The notes under the pieces are model-generated. The model did no database searches, was not told the DNA's origin, and worked only from the letters and a program-made list of their open reading frames with translations. Below, one piece after another: positions 31,425-34,121 of a stretch of DNA of 34,121 bases. This DNA comes from Stramenopiles sp. TOSAG23-2. Its lineage: Eukaryota. The stretch covers positions 1 to 34,121 of the forward strand of contig LT649352.1 of assembly GCA_900128395.1 (NCBI GenBank), in the 5' to 3' direction. Positions within the stretch are counted from its first letter, which is position 1; the number at the start of each line of letters is the position of its first letter. The position numbers and the translations under genes are program-made.

Positions 31425-33879
31425 ATGGAAAAGCGGCCACGTTCACCCACATTAAACGAATTACCAACATCTCCATCACTAAAAGTTCAAAAACGAAATC
31501 CAACGGAAGAGAACCGTAGTGTGCCAGCTACTACAGGAGGCACTGATGTCGAAATTGGGACATTAAATAGCACGAACATTGATTTAATAAATACATTTCT
31601 TTCTCCTAGTAGCAAAAATAATGATTCGTTTCCAATAAGTAGAAACAGCAGCGAAAGTACTGTTAGTCGGTCAACCTCAAGAAGTAGTGACGAGCTAGTA
31701 ACTTCAGAATTAGCAACCATGACAACGATGACTACTAACAATAAAACCATAGCATCAACAGCTATAAACGTAACCCCGCAACATTCTAATAGAGCCATTG
31801 GAAAAGCAAATATCAAAACAAAAAAAAGTTCGTCACCAAGACCCCCGTCATTAAAAATTAATATTGCATCTTCAAATACGTTTGAACGACCTAGTGCAAT
31901 ATTGCCAGCTATTAAGACACCTGTTAGTGTGAAAAGTGAACGGGCAACACAATTGCACCGTGCAGTTTTATCAAGAAACATCACAGATGTTGATACAATT
32001 TTAAAAACTACAGGATTTTCTTTAATTAACAAGCAAGATGATAATGGCTACACTGCTTTGATGTCTGCGGCTGCATTGGCAGACAGTAAAGTAGGATTAG
32101 CAATATGTAAATTATTATTAAATGAGAATGCTGACGTTGATTTGTTTGATCATGAAGGCTTCACTGCATTTCACTGGGCGAGTGCAGTGGGCAACGATGC
32201 CATTTGTATCTACTTAGCAACGGAAACTGCTATTGATGTAAATGCAAGAAGTAAGTATAAATATTAGATTAAAATGAAAAAAACTGCAAAGGAAACTAAC
32301 CATGTCCAACGTATCAATACAAATCGTAAATGGCATATTTTTACATGTAGGCAATAACGGTGATACGGCATTACATCGTGCATCTCGTTTAGGTATGGAA
32401 AAAACCATTAAAACAATAATTGAGAAATGTGGTACAAAGTTGGATACCAACATTCGAAACAACCGTTCTTTAACGGCATTTGATGTTGCTGGAATGTTTG
32501 AAAATGGTCGCAAACATGTGCTATTTCGCAAAAAATCACGGCGTGCGCTGGCAAGTGCAATTGGTGGAGAACATTTAAAATCATTAATTTTGCATCATGA
32601 TGATTGTAACCAACATGTAACACCAGATGGTCATTATGAAGGGACGGAAAGAATTCCAGCAATATTGAAACATTTAAAAGATGATAAAACAATGAAAAGC
32701 CCATTATGCTTAATAACATCAGATTTTCCAAAATTAAAGAAAGAATTTTTATTATATGCACATTCAAAAACATACGTAGATGTCGTTTACAACTTGCATG
32801 AAACAGTAACATCCACAGGGAAAGCAATGCCATTTACACCAAGAGTCAAGGAAGGTGTGCAACATGTACCTAGTAAAAAAAGTTGGAGTGATACTAGTTT
32901 TAGCCCTGGATCCTTAAGTGCGGCATTATATGCTGCTGGTGGTGCAGTGCATGCGGTGGAGAAAGTGATGAATGGTGAACGTCGCAATGCATTTGTATTA
33001 ACTCGACCACCTGGTCACCATGCCGGTTTAAATGGTTTAGAGGAGGAAAGTAAATCATGTGGTTTTTGTATATTTAATAACGTAGCAATTGCAGCATTAT
33101 ATGCAATTAAGCATAAATTAGCGAAACGAGTTGCCATTATTGATTTCGATGTGCATCATGGGCAAGGCACGGAAGAAATTATTGAACATATAAATCAACC
33201 TGAGAATTTATTATTTGTTAGTTCCCATTTATTTCAAAAGACAAAAGGATATGAATTTTATCCTGGTACAGGTAAGGAAATGGGAAAGTTAGAAGAAAAT
33301 ATAATCAACGTACCATTGGCACCGCTATGGACAAAAGGTTCTAATACACCAACAAGTAGTGGTGGATTATCATCTACACGCTCTGGCAAAGCAAAAGCTA
33401 ACGTTTCAAATGAAAGAAAAAGCAATAATAATCATAATAAAAATGAGAAACAATCTCCACGTATTCCAACTCTTGGTGTTAGTTGTTGTTGTGGTATGGG
33501 CAGACAGTGTTGGAAAAATCAAATTGAAAACCGCGTATTACCAGCTGTACGAGCATTTAATCCAGATTTAATTTTATTATCTGCTGGTTTTGATGCTGGA
33601 AAACATGATGTTGGTAATATGAATTTATTAGATGAATTGAAACCACGAGTTGGAATGGATTTAAGTGTAGAGGATTATACATGGTTAACCGATAAAATAA
33701 ATAATGTTGCTAATTTATGTTGCGATGGACGCGTTGTTTCTGTATTAGAAGGTGGTTCTGGACGATGGACACGAAGACGAAATGGGAACATGACAGAATT
33801 TGTGATTGATCGTACATTATTAGCAGATAATTGTACTGCACATATACGAGCAATGGTTGGTAATTATTTTGATGATTGA
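31425..33879 (+). CDS. Ankyrin-repeat + class II-like histone deacetylase, 2 exons (31425-32250, 32351-33879), 784 aa
   Basis: Ser/Thr/Pro-rich N-terminus; ankyrins TQLHRAV, GYTALMSAA, GFTAFHWA, GDTALHRA; HDAC motifs HYEGTERI, RPPGHHA, GFCIFNNVAIA, DFDVHHGQGT, SAGFD, VLEGG. Confidence 0.95.
32251..32350 (+). other. Spliceosomal intron, 100 nt, phase 1
   Basis: GTAAGT...TAG; the join gives VNARSNNGDTALHRA, an intact ankyrin junction. Confidence 0.92.
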
Positions 33880-34121
33880 GAGAGGGTGTAAAATGTAATG
33901 AAAATTAATGAACACAAAACATTACTGTCCAGTAATAAAAATATACTCTTCTCGGTAAAATAAAAAAATATAATCATATCACAGAACATATACCAAATAG
34001 TTTATATTTTTATACATTATATAAAATGTTCTCTTATACTCATATATTATATAAATTTCTTTTACACCCGTTCATTAACATCTCAAATCAAAAATGATTT
34101 ATAAAGTTTTAGTAAAAAATC

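Noticed and set aside
1277-33879. Alternative genetic code or selenocysteine recoding
   Set aside because: Supported genes are open in the standard code and end in TAA, TGA or TAG; apparent truncations are explained by introns.

Overview
AT-rich, gene-dense nuclear DNA from a unicellular eukaryote. It uses the standard code, has few GT-AG introns, and carries (TA)n and poly-Asn tracts. The AP2-domain chromatin protein and ankyrin-HDAC suggest a SAR/stramenopile-type protist (inference only). About 11 genes are supported: a 4313-aa single-ORF chromatin scaffold (bromo, RFTS-like, AP2, DDT, ARID, HMG, WHIM/WSD, PDZ, second AP2, C2H2), a His-rich secreted orphan, a bacterial-type NAD-dependent formate dehydrogenase with a mitochondrial-type presequence, a small membrane protein, a ROD1/PDCT-like phosphotransferase, an ER FKBP, a duplicated-module ankyrin protein, a DUF1295 protein, an EstB-like serine hydrolase ending in PTS1, calnexin, and an ankyrin-HDAC whose catalytic Tyr is replaced by Ser. 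The non-coding DNA is also structured. A TGCTAT(T/G)TACCT motif family occurs upstream of genes and is amplified into a 27-bp minisatellite. A TACTTCGTA motif sits downstream of stop codons. A 41-bp block is shared by two divergent promoters, and there is a ~380-bp fold-back (MITE-like) element. No CRISPR, tRNA, rRNA or autonomous transposon could be supported. I cannot demonstrate a new multi-gene system; the best leads are the giant chromatin protein, the probable pseudo-HDAC and the paired 5'/3' intergenic motifs.
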